A DNA stretch of 64,000 nt, taken from Bdellovibrionales bacterium (GTDB taxonomy: Bacteria; Bdellovibrionota; Bdellovibrionia; Bdellovibrionales; UBA1609). The position numbers and the translations under genes were made by a program. Below, piece by piece: positions 10,370-20,128 of the stretch; within the stretch, counting starts at the first letter, position 1; every line of letters starts with the position of its first letter. Location of the stretch: contig OZ241329.1 in NCBI GenBank assembly GCA_965199825.1, forward strand, positions 320,001-384,000. The letters are read 5' to 3'. A model generated the notes under the pieces. The model ran no database searches and was not told the origin of the DNA. It worked only from the letters and a program-made list of their open reading frames with translations.

Positions 10370-11770
10370 TTGCTATTTGCATCGATGATTTTTATTTTTT
10401 GTTTTTTGCCGCTGACTCTCGCACTCTATTTTTTTCGCCCTTCCATCAACTACCGTAATTCTGTTTTATTAGTCACGAGTGTCTTGTTTTATATTTGGGG
10501 CGAACTGTGGAACGTTTGGATTATTTCCCTCACCGTTTTTGTGAGCTACATTTTTGCGCTCTCTCTTTCAAAAGAAGATCATCATCCGCGGCGACAAATC
10601 AAACTGAGCATGGGCATTGGTCTTATTCTCATAATTCTTATTTACTTCAAATATGCTGGATTTTTGATCGATTTGGTCAATCACATATTACCGCTCAACT
10701 TTTCAATTCCTGTCGTAGTGACAACAATCCCTCTAGGAATTTCATTTTTTTCCTTTCATGCAATTTCATACCTTATTGATGTTTTTCACAATCGAGTACG
10801 GGCAGAAAAACGACCCCATGTCGTGGCTCTCTATTTTTTTCTGTTCCCCCATCAGATTGCCGGTCCCATCGTTCGCTATCAACTTTTCGCAAGCCAAGTC
10901 TTTCAGCGCTCACAGACTCTGGAAGATTTCGCTCAAGGGATTGAGCGCTTTATTATTGGTTTGGCAAAGAAAGTTTTGATCGCCAATTCGGTTGCAAGCA
11001 CAGCCGATGTGGTGTTTGGACTACCCACACATCATCTGAGCACAGCTCTCGCATGGTATGGAATTCTCAGTTACGCACTACAAATTTATTTTGATTTCTC
11101 AGGATACTCAGACATGGCCATAGGACTTGCGCGCGTATTTGGAATTCATTTTCATGAGAACTTTAATTACCCTTATCGATCTTTAAGTGTGACCGAATTT
11201 TGGCGACGCTGGCATATTTCGCTTTCAAGTTGGTTTAGGGATTACCTTTACATCCCTTTAGGTGGAAACCGGCATTCTCCTTTAAGAACTTATTTGAATC
11301 TTCTTGTGGTCTTTTTCTTTTGTGGTCTATGGCACGGGGCGAGTGCGACTTTTATTGTTTGGGGAATTTGGCACGGCCTATTTTTAGTTTTCGAACGTTT
11401 AGGGATTTCAAAAATCCTTAAAAAAATAAAAATCCTCGGCTTCTTTTGGACTCTGCTTGTTGTTTTGTGTGGTTGGGTCTTTTTTAGAGCTGACAGTTTG
11501 AGTTCTAGTTTTGCTTTTCTCAAAACCATGTTCGACGGCTGCGTTGGCGGAGAGGAGGCCCATTACCAGTTGGCCTTATTGTTCTCCAATCAAGTGGCAA
11601 ATCTTGGATTTTTAAGCGGTCTCATTTTTTCTAGCGGTCATGTCGCTCAATGGATCAGACGGCCCAGATCCTCTTACATCTACAATTGTAGTCTATTACT
11701 TCTTTTTATTTTAACTTTAAGTCGTCTTGCTGATGGTACATTTAACCCATTCATTTATTTTAGATTTTGA
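10370..11770 (+). CDS. MBOAT family O-acyltransferase (AlgI/PatA type)
   Basis: PLGISFFSF, FPHQIAGPIVR, QIYFDFSGYSDMAIG, FWRRWHISLSSWFRDYLYIPLGG, GLWHGA, FNPFIYFRF. Confidence 0.93.
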   Translation: MLFASMIFIFCFLPLTLALYFFRPSINYRNSVLLVTSVLFYIWGELWNVWIISLTVFVSYIFALSLSKEDHHPRRQIKLSMGIGLILIILIYFKYAGFLIDLVNHILPLNFSIPVVVTTIPLGISFFSFHAISYLIDVFHNRVRAEKRPHVVALYFFLFPHQIAGPIVRYQLFASQVFQRSQTLEDFAQGIERFIIGLAKKVLIANSVASTADVVFGLPTHHLSTALAWYGILSYALQIYFDFSGYSDMAIGLARVFGIHFHENFNYPYRSLSVTEFWRRWHISLSSWFRDYLYIPLGGNRHSPLRTYLNLLVVFFFCGLWHGASATFIVWGIWHGLFLVFERLGISKILKKIKILGFFWTLLVVLCGWVFFRADSLSSSFAFLKTMFDGCVGGEEAHYQLALLFSNQVANLGFLSGLIFSSGHVAQWIRRPRSSYIYNCSLLLLFILTLSRLADGTFNPFIYFRF

Positions 11771-12888
11771 TGAAAAACTCTGCTTGTTTTATTTTTGTAA
11801 TTGGTTTTTTGATCTGCATCGGTGTGCCCCCTGTGGTTATGGGGTTTAAGTGGGGACAGCCAATAAATCTCGAAGAAAATCGGACTGCAGCACCACTTCC
11901 GCAGTGGCCCAGACACTTGCAAGAAATCAAAAATTTTTGCACTCAATCTGAAAATTACATTAATGATCATTTTGGTTTTCGTTCTTATTTAGTAAAAATG
12001 AGCAGAGCTTTTATTTTATCTGTGCTTAAAACATCGACCAGCAGTTCGGTAATGATTGGCCAAGAGGGTTGGCTTTTTTTTCGCGGTGATAAAAGTATTG
12101 AATCCTATAGAAACATCGAACCCCTCGATTCGAAAAAAATTGAAGCGTGGAAAACTTTTTTTAATAATTTTAAAGAGCGTGCAGCAGGTCTTGGTATGCA
12201 CTTAGTGATTCTAATTCCGCCTGCTTCAACAACTATTTATCCTCAATATCTTCCTTCTTATGTGAATAAAATTGGCAAAACTTCAGCGCTCCAGACAATC
12301 CATCAAATCTTAAAAGATCTCGATCTCCGATTTGCTGATCCAGCACCTTTGCTCATCGAGCAATCAAAACATCAGCCCGTATTTTTTAAAAGTGATACCC
12401 ACTGGAATTCTCTCGGTGCTTACTTTGGCTACACTGCACTTCTACACAAAATTCAAGAAGCTTATCCCGACCTCACCATTCTTCCATTTAGTTCTTATGA
12501 GCTTACCGATGGTCCCCTCACAAATTGTAATGTAGGAAATTGTGATCTTGCAGTGATGTTGGGTTGGCCGGCACATTACGCACAACAGTTAATTGAGCTC
12601 AAATCTCGCAGAAAATCCTATGCAAAATTGAATAAAGCTGAGGGAGCATTTCAGGGCTCAATCCTTGAATACACCAACGACAAAAGTGCCCCTTATAAAT
12701 TATTGGCCTATCGAGATTCATTTTTTACTCATCTCATCCCATTTGTGAGCGAGCAATTTTCTGAATCTATTTATATCTGGCGCCGTGATATCTCTTGGAA
12801 ACTGATTGCCGAATACAAACCAAATATTATCGTTTTTGAAATTGCCGAGCGTTTTTTGGCCTTTGATCCCCCTCAACATTTGGACTGA
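11767..12888 (+). CDS. AlgJ/AlgX-like SGNH periplasmic O-acetyltransferase
   Basis: N-terminal TM, ENR, DHFGFR, GQEGWLF, catalytic DTHWN, RDSF, EIAER; follows the MBOAT gene. Confidence 0.85.
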   Translation: MMKNSACFIFVIGFLICIGVPPVVMGFKWGQPINLEENRTAAPLPQWPRHLQEIKNFCTQSENYINDHFGFRSYLVKMSRAFILSVLKTSTSSSVMIGQEGWLFFRGDKSIESYRNIEPLDSKKIEAWKTFFNNFKERAAGLGMHLVILIPPASTTIYPQYLPSYVNKIGKTSALQTIHQILKDLDLRFADPAPLLIEQSKHQPVFFKSDTHWNSLGAYFGYTALLHKIQEAYPDLTILPFSSYELTDGPLTNCNVGNCDLAVMLGWPAHYAQQLIELKSRRKSYAKLNKAEGAFQGSILEYTNDKSAPYKLLAYRDSFFTHLIPFVSEQFSESIYIWRRDISWKLIAEYKPNIIVFEIAERFLAFDPPQHLD

Positions 12889-12895
12889 GACATAA

Positions 12896-13509
12896 ATGTA
12901 TAAAACCATTTTTGCATTCTTTTCGTAATTATCGGCCTTCTTTATTTTGTGCTCACCTACCCTGGTCATTTGTCTTTGATTCCGTGATGAATATCATTGA
13001 AGATCTTGGTGGAAAATATATTTCCTTCCATCCGTCCTTTGTTAGTTTTTTATTCGGAAAGCTCTACGGGCTAGTACGAAATCAAGCGATCATTCTCGCA
13101 CTCCATATTGCACTTTTGATTTATGGCGTGAATTCCATTTTTGCTCAGAAATCAAAATTGACTCTGTGTACCTCGCTCATCGTTTTGATTTTCCAGTTGG
13201 ATTTTGGGATTTTACGATACACCGCAGTGCTTGCTGGCTGTGGTCGTTTACAACATTGATTTAGAAAATTCTATTGCTAAAAACCAAACGCAATCGGGGT
13301 TTACAGATTCCCTGCGCACTTACGGGAACTGGGGAATCATATATGGCTTTTTCCAACCCTATTTCTATTTGATTTTATGCCTTCTTGGCGCAATCCTCAT
13401 TTTGTATTTAGGCATTTTAAAATACTGGTATTTTCCATGCTTGGCTTCAACGGTCTGCTTTATTTATGCCGCAGGCGAACTCGAAACTTATTTAAAAGCA
13501 AATCGGTAG
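12896..13509 (+). pseudogene. Decayed membrane protein (GT-C-like) in several frames
   Basis: Joining frames gives ...LLYFVLTYPGHLS/FDSVMNIIE..GKYISFHPSFVSFLFG followed by hydrophobic fragments; too short and frameshifted to be intact. Confidence 0.5.
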
Positions 13510-14447
13510 CCAAGCTCAATATCTTCGGCGGCAAGATCCCAGGTGCAATGAGACCGGATCAGTTCTTGGCCTTCTAAATTTTTTGTTTTTTTTAAAGCTG
13601 CGCTTAAACCTTTTTCGATTGAAGCCTGATCGAGTGGATCCACATAGGTCGCTGACTTACCAAAATATTCTTCGGTGGGCCCCTCTTGTGTGATTAAGAG
13701 AGGTGCCCCTTGGGATACCGCCTCAAGGGCAGCAATGCCCGGAGTTTCGCACAAACTAGGAAGCGCAAAAACCAAACAAGATTGATAGGCCGACTTTAAG
13801 ACCTCAATGTCATTGATCGGACCCAACCAAAAAAAATTATCCATTTTTTGTAAGGATCTAAAATAATCTTTATCGCGAATCTGACCTATCGCCACGACCG
13901 CAACACCCATGTTTTTTGCCGCTAATAAAAGTCGATGGGTATTTTTCCTCTGGTCAATATTGGCCACCGACAGCACAAACTCATCCGGCACCGAATAAAA
14001 ATGTCTAAATCGATCTCCACCATCTCCATCAGTTGAGTACTCGCCGCCAATAGCATTGCGCACTTTAAAGAATTTTTGAGGAGGCAACTCAAACCAATCA
14101 GCAATTTTTTTATTCTCGGCAAGAGAATTGGTTAAAACCACATCGGCCTTTAATAAAAGATCGCGATAGTAGTGAAAATTAAAAATATCTTTCGGTGGCA
14201 TTGTCCACATAATTGGAGCAAGAGCAATTTTTGCTCCACGTTCGCGGTAGCTATTCAAGACATGATGGGTCCCCACCTCAACCGAAAATTGATGGTAAAG
14301 GTCCACTTCTCGCTGTGGACTCCAAACATCAAACAGATTCACTTTATGCCCTCTTTTTTCTAGTGCCTTCTTTGATTGCTCGAGTTGGACTTCGCCCCCA
14401 CCCCGAGTAAAATAGGCTCCGGGCCAGGTATTAAAGACCAATTTCAT
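13488..14447 (-). CDS. Glycosyltransferase family 4
   Basis: Start revised to the ATG at 14447 (MKLVFNTWPGAYFTRGGGEVQ); RKN, PSLCETPGIAALEA. Confidence 0.88.
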   Translation of the reverse strand: MKLVFNTWPGAYFTRGGGEVQLEQSKKALEKRGHKVNLFDVWSPQREVDLYHQFSVEVGTHHVLNSYRERGAKIALAPIMWTMPPKDIFNFHYYRDLLLKADVVLTNSLAENKKIADWFELPPQKFFKVRNAIGGEYSTDGDGGDRFRHFYSVPDEFVLSVANIDQRKNTHRLLLAAKNMGVAVVAIGQIRDKDYFRSLQKMDNFFWLGPINDIEVLKSAYQSCLVFALPSLCETPGIAALEAVSQGAPLLITQEGPTEEYFGKSATYVDPLDQASIEKGLSAALKKTKNLEGQELIRSHCTWDLAAEDIELGYRFAFK

Positions 14448-15744
14448 TTTGAATTTCGGACTTATTAACCACGTGGCGAAATTTACTTCTCCATCCCACC
14501 GTTTTAAATTGATCAAAATTGACAATTTCTACAGCTAGCCCTTTTGGAAATCGCTTAAGAACCTCATTCCGAATCCGCTGATGATCGGAGGGATATTCGG
14601 CTGCAATATTGAGTAGCGGTAGTTTTGAATCTTGAATGACGATTTGAAATTCACGAACGCCCTGCACCCGGTGATCAAGAAAATCCATAATGTAGTGAGT
14701 GGCAAAAACATCTTGATCTATTTTGACCAAATCATGAATACGGCCGCGAAGATCAGAAATAAAAGTGCCATCCTCTCGATTGTTTACCGTAGCCACATCG
14801 CCCGTATCATAGCGGACAAGTGGAAAACCAAAGTTGGTAAAATTGGTCACGATCAAATTTTGAGCCTGGCCTTCTTCAGCATAAAACGCTCGATCAAAAA
14901 CTTTTAATTTTTTGTAATCATCTTTTTCGCTATGAGCGACCACACCAAATTCTGCATTTCCGTAACGGTTGACCACTCGACATTGAAACGCCTTTTTGAT
15001 CTTAATCACCATCTTATCATTTAAGGCTTCACCCGAGGGTTCAAACACCGCACAAAGGGGAATGATTTTGAGATGTTTGCGATCAATATAATTGGCCATC
15101 GCGTAGGCCGATGAAGGGTGACCTTGTAGCAAATAAGGAGGATTTTTTTTTAGCTCACTCACCAAAAGCGAAAGCTGTTGATCACTAAACGAATCAATCA
15201 TGAGTCGCTTTCGGTTGTGGGCGGCCTGAATCACAGCATCTTTGACCTTGGACTTTAGCGTTGTGGGATGGAGTTGAAGTTCTGCTGCGATATGACATTG
15301 CGACTGATATAATTTTTTGCCCGCCATCTCATACGCTCTCAAATTGATTGCTGCGGTCCAATCAAGTCCTTGGGCATCGTAGTAAAACATCACCGAGGTG
15401 CCAGTAGAGCCGCCGGTTTTTCGGAGTACCGATGCCATGGGTGAGCGCAACTGAATTGTATGATCTCGAACCTTATCCTTGGTCAAAAGAGGAAGGTCTT
15501 GAACGTAGCGAATATCTTTCTTAATTTTTTCGAGATCAAGACGGATGGTCTCTCGGTAATAGGGCACATTGGTTTTGCAATAAACCAAAAACTGATACAG
15601 TTGGTTTTTTTGAATTTGAAGTTGTTCGCTGCGAGTGACACTTTCAAAACGATGCAATTCTTTAAGCTTTGATTTCACATTTCGCCCCGAAAATCTTTCG
15701 AGTAAGGGCAGCAAAATGTAAGCATTAAAATGTCCTAAATGCAT
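14431..15744 (-). CDS. Phenylacetate-CoA ligase family (CapK-like) adenylate-forming protein
   Basis: VPYYR, LPLLTK, TGGSTG P-loop, YGNAE, PLVRYDTGD, GRIHD. Probable ATG at 15744. Confidence 0.85.
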   Translation of the reverse strand: MHLGHFNAYILLPLLERFSGRNVKSKLKELHRFESVTRSEQLQIQKNQLYQFLVYCKTNVPYYRETIRLDLEKIKKDIRYVQDLPLLTKDKVRDHTIQLRSPMASVLRKTGGSTGTSVMFYYDAQGLDWTAAINLRAYEMAGKKLYQSQCHIAAELQLHPTTLKSKVKDAVIQAAHNRKRLMIDSFSDQQLSLLVSELKKNPPYLLQGHPSSAYAMANYIDRKHLKIIPLCAVFEPSGEALNDKMVIKIKKAFQCRVVNRYGNAEFGVVAHSEKDDYKKLKVFDRAFYAEEGQAQNLIVTNFTNFGFPLVRYDTGDVATVNNREDGTFISDLRGRIHDLVKIDQDVFATHYIMDFLDHRVQGVREFQIVIQDSKLPLLNIAAEYPSDHQRIRNEVLKRFPKGLAVEIVNFDQFKTVGWRSKFRHVVNKSEIQNEIGL

Positions 15745-15823
15745 AAGCAGAAGTTTTGCGTGCTGCTCACAAAATTGCAATTCTTAAATGATTCTTATTC
15801 AGTCGCGAGGTAGGCTCTCAACC

Positions 15824-16816
15824 ATGAATATCTTGGTGACAGGCGGAGCGGGTTATATTGGTGCAATCACCTGTCGTCAGCTGATCGAGCAAGGCCACGA
15901 TGTTGCGGTTTTTGATCAATCGCACCTCCGGCCAAATTTAAATTTTATAAAACAATTTGTGTGTGGAGATGTGAGAGACACCGATCTGTTAAGACAAACG
16001 GTTCAAAAATATAAGATCAACACAGTTATCCATTTTGCCGCAAAAATTAATGTGGCTGAATCGATGCTAAAGCCTCTCGAGTATTATTCAAATAATGTGG
16101 GAGGTCTCTTAAGTGTGCTTCAGATTTGTACTGAGTTTAAAATTACCAAATTCATTTTTTCTTCAACCGCTACGGTTTATAAGGGTCAAAGTCTTGATCC
16201 GCTTAAAGAAACAGACGCGCTCGCACCCATCAGTCCTTATGGTTGGTCAAAACAAATGGGCGAAACAATTCTGCTCGACTTCAAGTCGTCGTGGCCACAA
16301 TTTCAACCATTAATTTTGCGCTATTTTAATGTGGCGGGTGCAACTTTAGATAATCAATTGGGCCAACCCGATCAGATGGCGCCTCATCTGATCGCGACCG
16401 CATGCCGTTCGGTTGCTCAGGGCTCTTTGAAGTTAAAAGTTTTTGGTACCGATTATCCAACGCCCGATGGAACCTGCATTCGTGACTACATTCATGTAGA
16501 AGATTTGGCATCGGCACATGTTGATGCTGTAAAGGCGGTAAACTTAAATCATCCCGGAGGAATTTTTAATTGTGGCTACGGTAAAGGGGCAAGTGTCACC
16601 GAGGTGATCGAAGCGGTGCAAAAAGTTGCGGCAAAAAATTTATCGCTACAATATTGTGATCGTCGTGAGGGTGATCCCGCGATTTTGATCGCCGACAACA
16701 ACAAGTTGCGCCAAGAGTTCGGTTGGTTTCCTCAGCATGACTCTTTAGAGGTCATCTGCAAAACCGCTCTTGCATGGGAACAAAAACGCATTCTAGAATT
16801 GGGCTTGAGAGTATGA
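15824..16816 (+). CDS. galE: UDP-glucose 4-epimerase
   Basis: MNILVTGGAGYIG, FSSTATVY, PYGWSK, LRYFNVAGA, DYPTPDGTCIRDYIHV. Confidence 0.92.
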   Translation: MNILVTGGAGYIGAITCRQLIEQGHDVAVFDQSHLRPNLNFIKQFVCGDVRDTDLLRQTVQKYKINTVIHFAAKINVAESMLKPLEYYSNNVGGLLSVLQICTEFKITKFIFSSTATVYKGQSLDPLKETDALAPISPYGWSKQMGETILLDFKSSWPQFQPLILRYFNVAGATLDNQLGQPDQMAPHLIATACRSVAQGSLKLKVFGTDYPTPDGTCIRDYIHVEDLASAHVDAVKAVNLNHPGGIFNCGYGKGASVTEVIEAVQKVAAKNLSLQYCDRREGDPAILIADNNKLRQEFGWFPQHDSLEVICKTALAWEQKRILELGLRV

Positions 16817-18672
16817 CTGATCTTCGCCAAATTTTAATAAACAACACAACACCTCTCATCGCAGACGGCGGCATGTCCACATCGCTTTATGATCGTGGAT
16901 TTTATATCAATCGCAGTTTTGAAGAGCTCTGTCTCACAAGCCCCCAAACAGTCATTGAGGTCACATCCGAATTTAAAAAAGCGGGCGCAAATCTTTTGCT
17001 CACCAATACATTTAGTGCAACCCTTCCAAAGCTCACCCGTTACGGATTACAAGATCAGCATCAAAAAATAATCCAAGCCGCATGTGAAATTGCAAAACAA
17101 GTGGGCGCCAAGGAATGCTTCGTTTTGGCAAACATGGGCCCATTAGGGATCGTGCTCGAACCTCTCGGCCCGACGAGTTTTGAAGAAGCTGTTGATCACT
17201 TCAAAATAACTGCCGAAATCTTTGAGCACTCTCAAATAAATGGATTTAATTTAGAAGGTTTTCATGATTTAACGGAGCTCGAAGCGGCTGTTCAAGCGGT
17301 GCGTTCGATTTCACAAAAGCCTTTGTTTGTTCACGTAGCTATAAAAGAAAATTTGCGCACCTCTTATGGTCATTCACTGCAAGAGTTTGCCGAACGATTT
17401 AAAAAATACGAAATCGATGTCTATGGAATTTCAGGCGACATTGGACCGAGTGGAATGTTGAGCGCACTCGAAGTTCTAAGACCACTTGTTGAAAAACCAA
17501 TTTCTCTCAAGCCCAATGCGGGCCTTCCCCAATATGTGAATGATCAATACATTTACCTTTGTAATCCCGACTACATCGCAAAATATGCCAAGCGATTTAT
17601 TCAAGCTGGGGCACGCATTGTCGGCGGCGGCTCGGGGGTGTCTGAGTCTCATATCAAAGCGATCAGCAATACCCTTCGCATGCTCGAGCCGCAGTCTCGG
17701 ACGGAAGTAAAAAAAATTGAGATTAACCAAAAACCAACACATAAAACGTTAACCACCAAAATTGAAAATCGATCTAAGCTCGGATCTTATTTTAAAGAGA
17801 AAAAACCGATTTATTCAGTCGAGATCAATCCTCCCAATGGAGTGCGGCTCGACAAATTTTCTGAACATTGTAAGGCACTGGTCCGTGGCGGCGTTGAGTT
17901 CGTCAATATCCCCGATGGGGCAAGAGCAATGGCTCGGATGAGTTCCCTTCAACTGGCAATTTTTGTTAAAAATAATTTTGGTTTAGAACCAATTCCCCAT
18001 TTTACCTGCCGCGATCGCAATTTGATTGGTTTACAGTCTGATCTGTTGGGTTGTTTTGTAAATGGTGTACGAAATGTTTTACTTGTGACCGGCGATCCAC
18101 CAAAATTGGGCAACTGTCCCGATGCCACAGCGGTCTATGATGTCGATGCGATCGGACTCACCCACATCGTTTCACGAATGAATAAGGGACTTGATCTTGG
18201 TGGATCCGATTTTGGTGAGCCCACCCAATTTATGGCAGGGGTCGCATTAAATCCAACAGCTCACAACCAAGAATTAGAAATTAAAAGATTTAAATATAAA
18301 GTCGAAGCGGGTGCAGACTACGCGATCACCCAACCGATTTACGATCTTGAAGCTTATAAAAGATTTCTTGATCGCCTTGGCCCAATTTCAATTCCGATTG
18401 TTATGGGAATTTGGCCATTGGTCAGTTTGCGCAATGCTGAGTTTTTAAAAAACGAAGTCCCCGGAGTGGAAGTGCCCAACTGGGTGATTACAGAAATGGA
18501 AAAAGCAGGAGAATCAAAAGAAGAAGCTCTAAAGCGAGGAATTGAAATTTCGATTGAAACCATCAACGCTGCAAAAGATTTGGTCGATGGCTTTCAAGTC
18601 AGTGCGCCTTTTAATAAAGTCGAAATCGCACTTCAAGTGATTCACTCGGTGTCCAATGCCATTTCGACTTAA
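16813..18672 (+). CDS. YitJ-type fusion of a homocysteine S-methyltransferase-like domain and methylenetetrahydrofolate reductase; HMT Zn ligands missing
   Basis: N-domain ADGGM, TNTF, PNAGLP. C-domain VEINPP, HFTCRDRN, TGDPP, KVEAGADYAITQP. ATG at 16813 overlaps the galE stop. Confidence 0.88.
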   Translation: MTDLRQILINNTTPLIADGGMSTSLYDRGFYINRSFEELCLTSPQTVIEVTSEFKKAGANLLLTNTFSATLPKLTRYGLQDQHQKIIQAACEIAKQVGAKECFVLANMGPLGIVLEPLGPTSFEEAVDHFKITAEIFEHSQINGFNLEGFHDLTELEAAVQAVRSISQKPLFVHVAIKENLRTSYGHSLQEFAERFKKYEIDVYGISGDIGPSGMLSALEVLRPLVEKPISLKPNAGLPQYVNDQYIYLCNPDYIAKYAKRFIQAGARIVGGGSGVSESHIKAISNTLRMLEPQSRTEVKKIEINQKPTHKTLTTKIENRSKLGSYFKEKKPIYSVEINPPNGVRLDKFSEHCKALVRGGVEFVNIPDGARAMARMSSLQLAIFVKNNFGLEPIPHFTCRDRNLIGLQSDLLGCFVNGVRNVLLVTGDPPKLGNCPDATAVYDVDAIGLTHIVSRMNKGLDLGGSDFGEPTQFMAGVALNPTAHNQELEIKRFKYKVEAGADYAITQPIYDLEAYKRFLDRLGPISIPIVMGIWPLVSLRNAEFLKNEVPGVEVPNWVITEMEKAGESKEEALKRGIEISIETINAAKDLVDGFQVSAPFNKVEIALQVIHSVSNAIST

Positions 18673-20128
18673 GGCACAACATGGCCAACTCAATTATGAC
18701 TTGACCGTAAGTCTCGCTGGACCAACCTTGCTTGAGCATTTGCAAAATGCCGAAGTCCCAATCAAATCAAGTTGTTTAGGTAAGGGATTATGCCGGCAGT
18801 GTCGGGTGCAAATTTTAAAAGGAATTGCACCTGTAACCGCAAACGATAAAAAAGCCTTTAGCGACTCTCAACTCAAAAATGGTTGGCGTTTGAGTTGCGG
18901 GATCAGGCCCCGCTCGGCAATGGAATTTCAGTTTCCCCAAATATTTATCTATCAAGAGGACATTAAAAAATCTCGCGAGCCTCATAAGCCTTGGTGGTTT
19001 TGCTGTGATCTTGGTACAACTGGTGTGGAGCTTGCGGGAGTCGACCATCAAGGCATTTGGTGTACCTTAAAGGGATTAAATTCTCAGGTCAGCATGGGGG
19101 CTGATGTGATGACTCGCCTCGAATACACTCAGCGAAATGGAGTCGAGCCATTAACCAGACGGATTCGTTCGCAGCTCACTCATTACACAAAAAAAATATC
19201 TCAGCAGACGTCGATAGAGGCTCAAAAAAAGATGTTTGTTGCGGGCAATTCGGCAGTGACCGCATTTCTAGCTCAGCAACCTGTGGATCAACTTGCGGTT
19301 TCTCCCTACAAACCCAATTCGCTCGAATCTCAAACGTTTTCATTCAATGATTTTGCCATCGAAACATTACCCCTGCTCTATAGTTTTGTGGGTGGGGATC
19401 TCTTTGCCGGTTTATTTTTGATTTGGCAGCGCCCCGAAATATTGGCCGAGCCATGGATTTTGGTAGATGTTGGTACCAACTCCGAAATTTTATTTTGGGA
19501 CAAACAAAAACTATTTGTATCTAGTACTCCTGCAGGTCCTGCATTCGAGGGATCAAGTATTAGCATCGGTATGCGAGCCGAAAACGGCGCAGTGGTGAAT
19601 CCGATTTTTACCACAGACCATTGGCAATTTGATATTTTAGGAAATGATTTAGCTCGTGGACTTTGTGGTACGGGACTTATCCAAATGATTTCGGAGGCGG
19701 TCGACAATGGGATCGTCTCACACGACGGCGAGGTTTTAAAACCGCAACAGCTTTCACTGAATTCAGAACTCTTTTTATCCCAAGATGATATTCGCGAATT
19801 TCAACTCGCCAAATCGGCAATTCAAACCGGCATTGAGCTGGTACAAAGTCAAAGTATCACAAAAGCTAAAAAACTTTTTTTGGCTGGTTCATTTGGTGAG
19901 CACTTGCCTCTAAAGGCGTGCCGTCATCTTCAACTTTTACCTGAGCTTGAATGCGAAACTTTAGGAAACGCGAGCCTTGATGGCACCGTGCTGTGGAGTC
20001 AAAGTTCCTCACAACTCAAAACTCAATATCAAACTTGGCTAGCCCAAGTATTAACTCCCCTTGATCTTGCCTTGTCCGATCAGTTTCAAGAACGATTTGT
20101 AAACAATATGAATTTAGGAGCAACATGA
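18656..20128 (+). CDS. 2Fe-2S ferredoxin / ASKHA ATPase (DUF4445, RACo/RamA-type reductive activator of corrinoid proteins)
   Basis: CLGKGLCRQC...RLSC 2Fe-2S motif; DLGTT, GADVMTR, FVGGD, DVGTNSE, AGPAFEG, GLCGTG, QDDIREFQLAK, LAGSFG. Confidence 0.88.
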   Translation: MPFRLKAQHGQLNYDLTVSLAGPTLLEHLQNAEVPIKSSCLGKGLCRQCRVQILKGIAPVTANDKKAFSDSQLKNGWRLSCGIRPRSAMEFQFPQIFIYQEDIKKSREPHKPWWFCCDLGTTGVELAGVDHQGIWCTLKGLNSQVSMGADVMTRLEYTQRNGVEPLTRRIRSQLTHYTKKISQQTSIEAQKKMFVAGNSAVTAFLAQQPVDQLAVSPYKPNSLESQTFSFNDFAIETLPLLYSFVGGDLFAGLFLIWQRPEILAEPWILVDVGTNSEILFWDKQKLFVSSTPAGPAFEGSSISIGMRAENGAVVNPIFTTDHWQFDILGNDLARGLCGTGLIQMISEAVDNGIVSHDGEVLKPQQLSLNSELFLSQDDIREFQLAKSAIQTGIELVQSQSITKAKKLFLAGSFGEHLPLKACRHLQLLPELECETLGNASLDGTVLWSQSSSQLKTQYQTWLAQVLTPLDLALSDQFQERFVNNMNLGAT

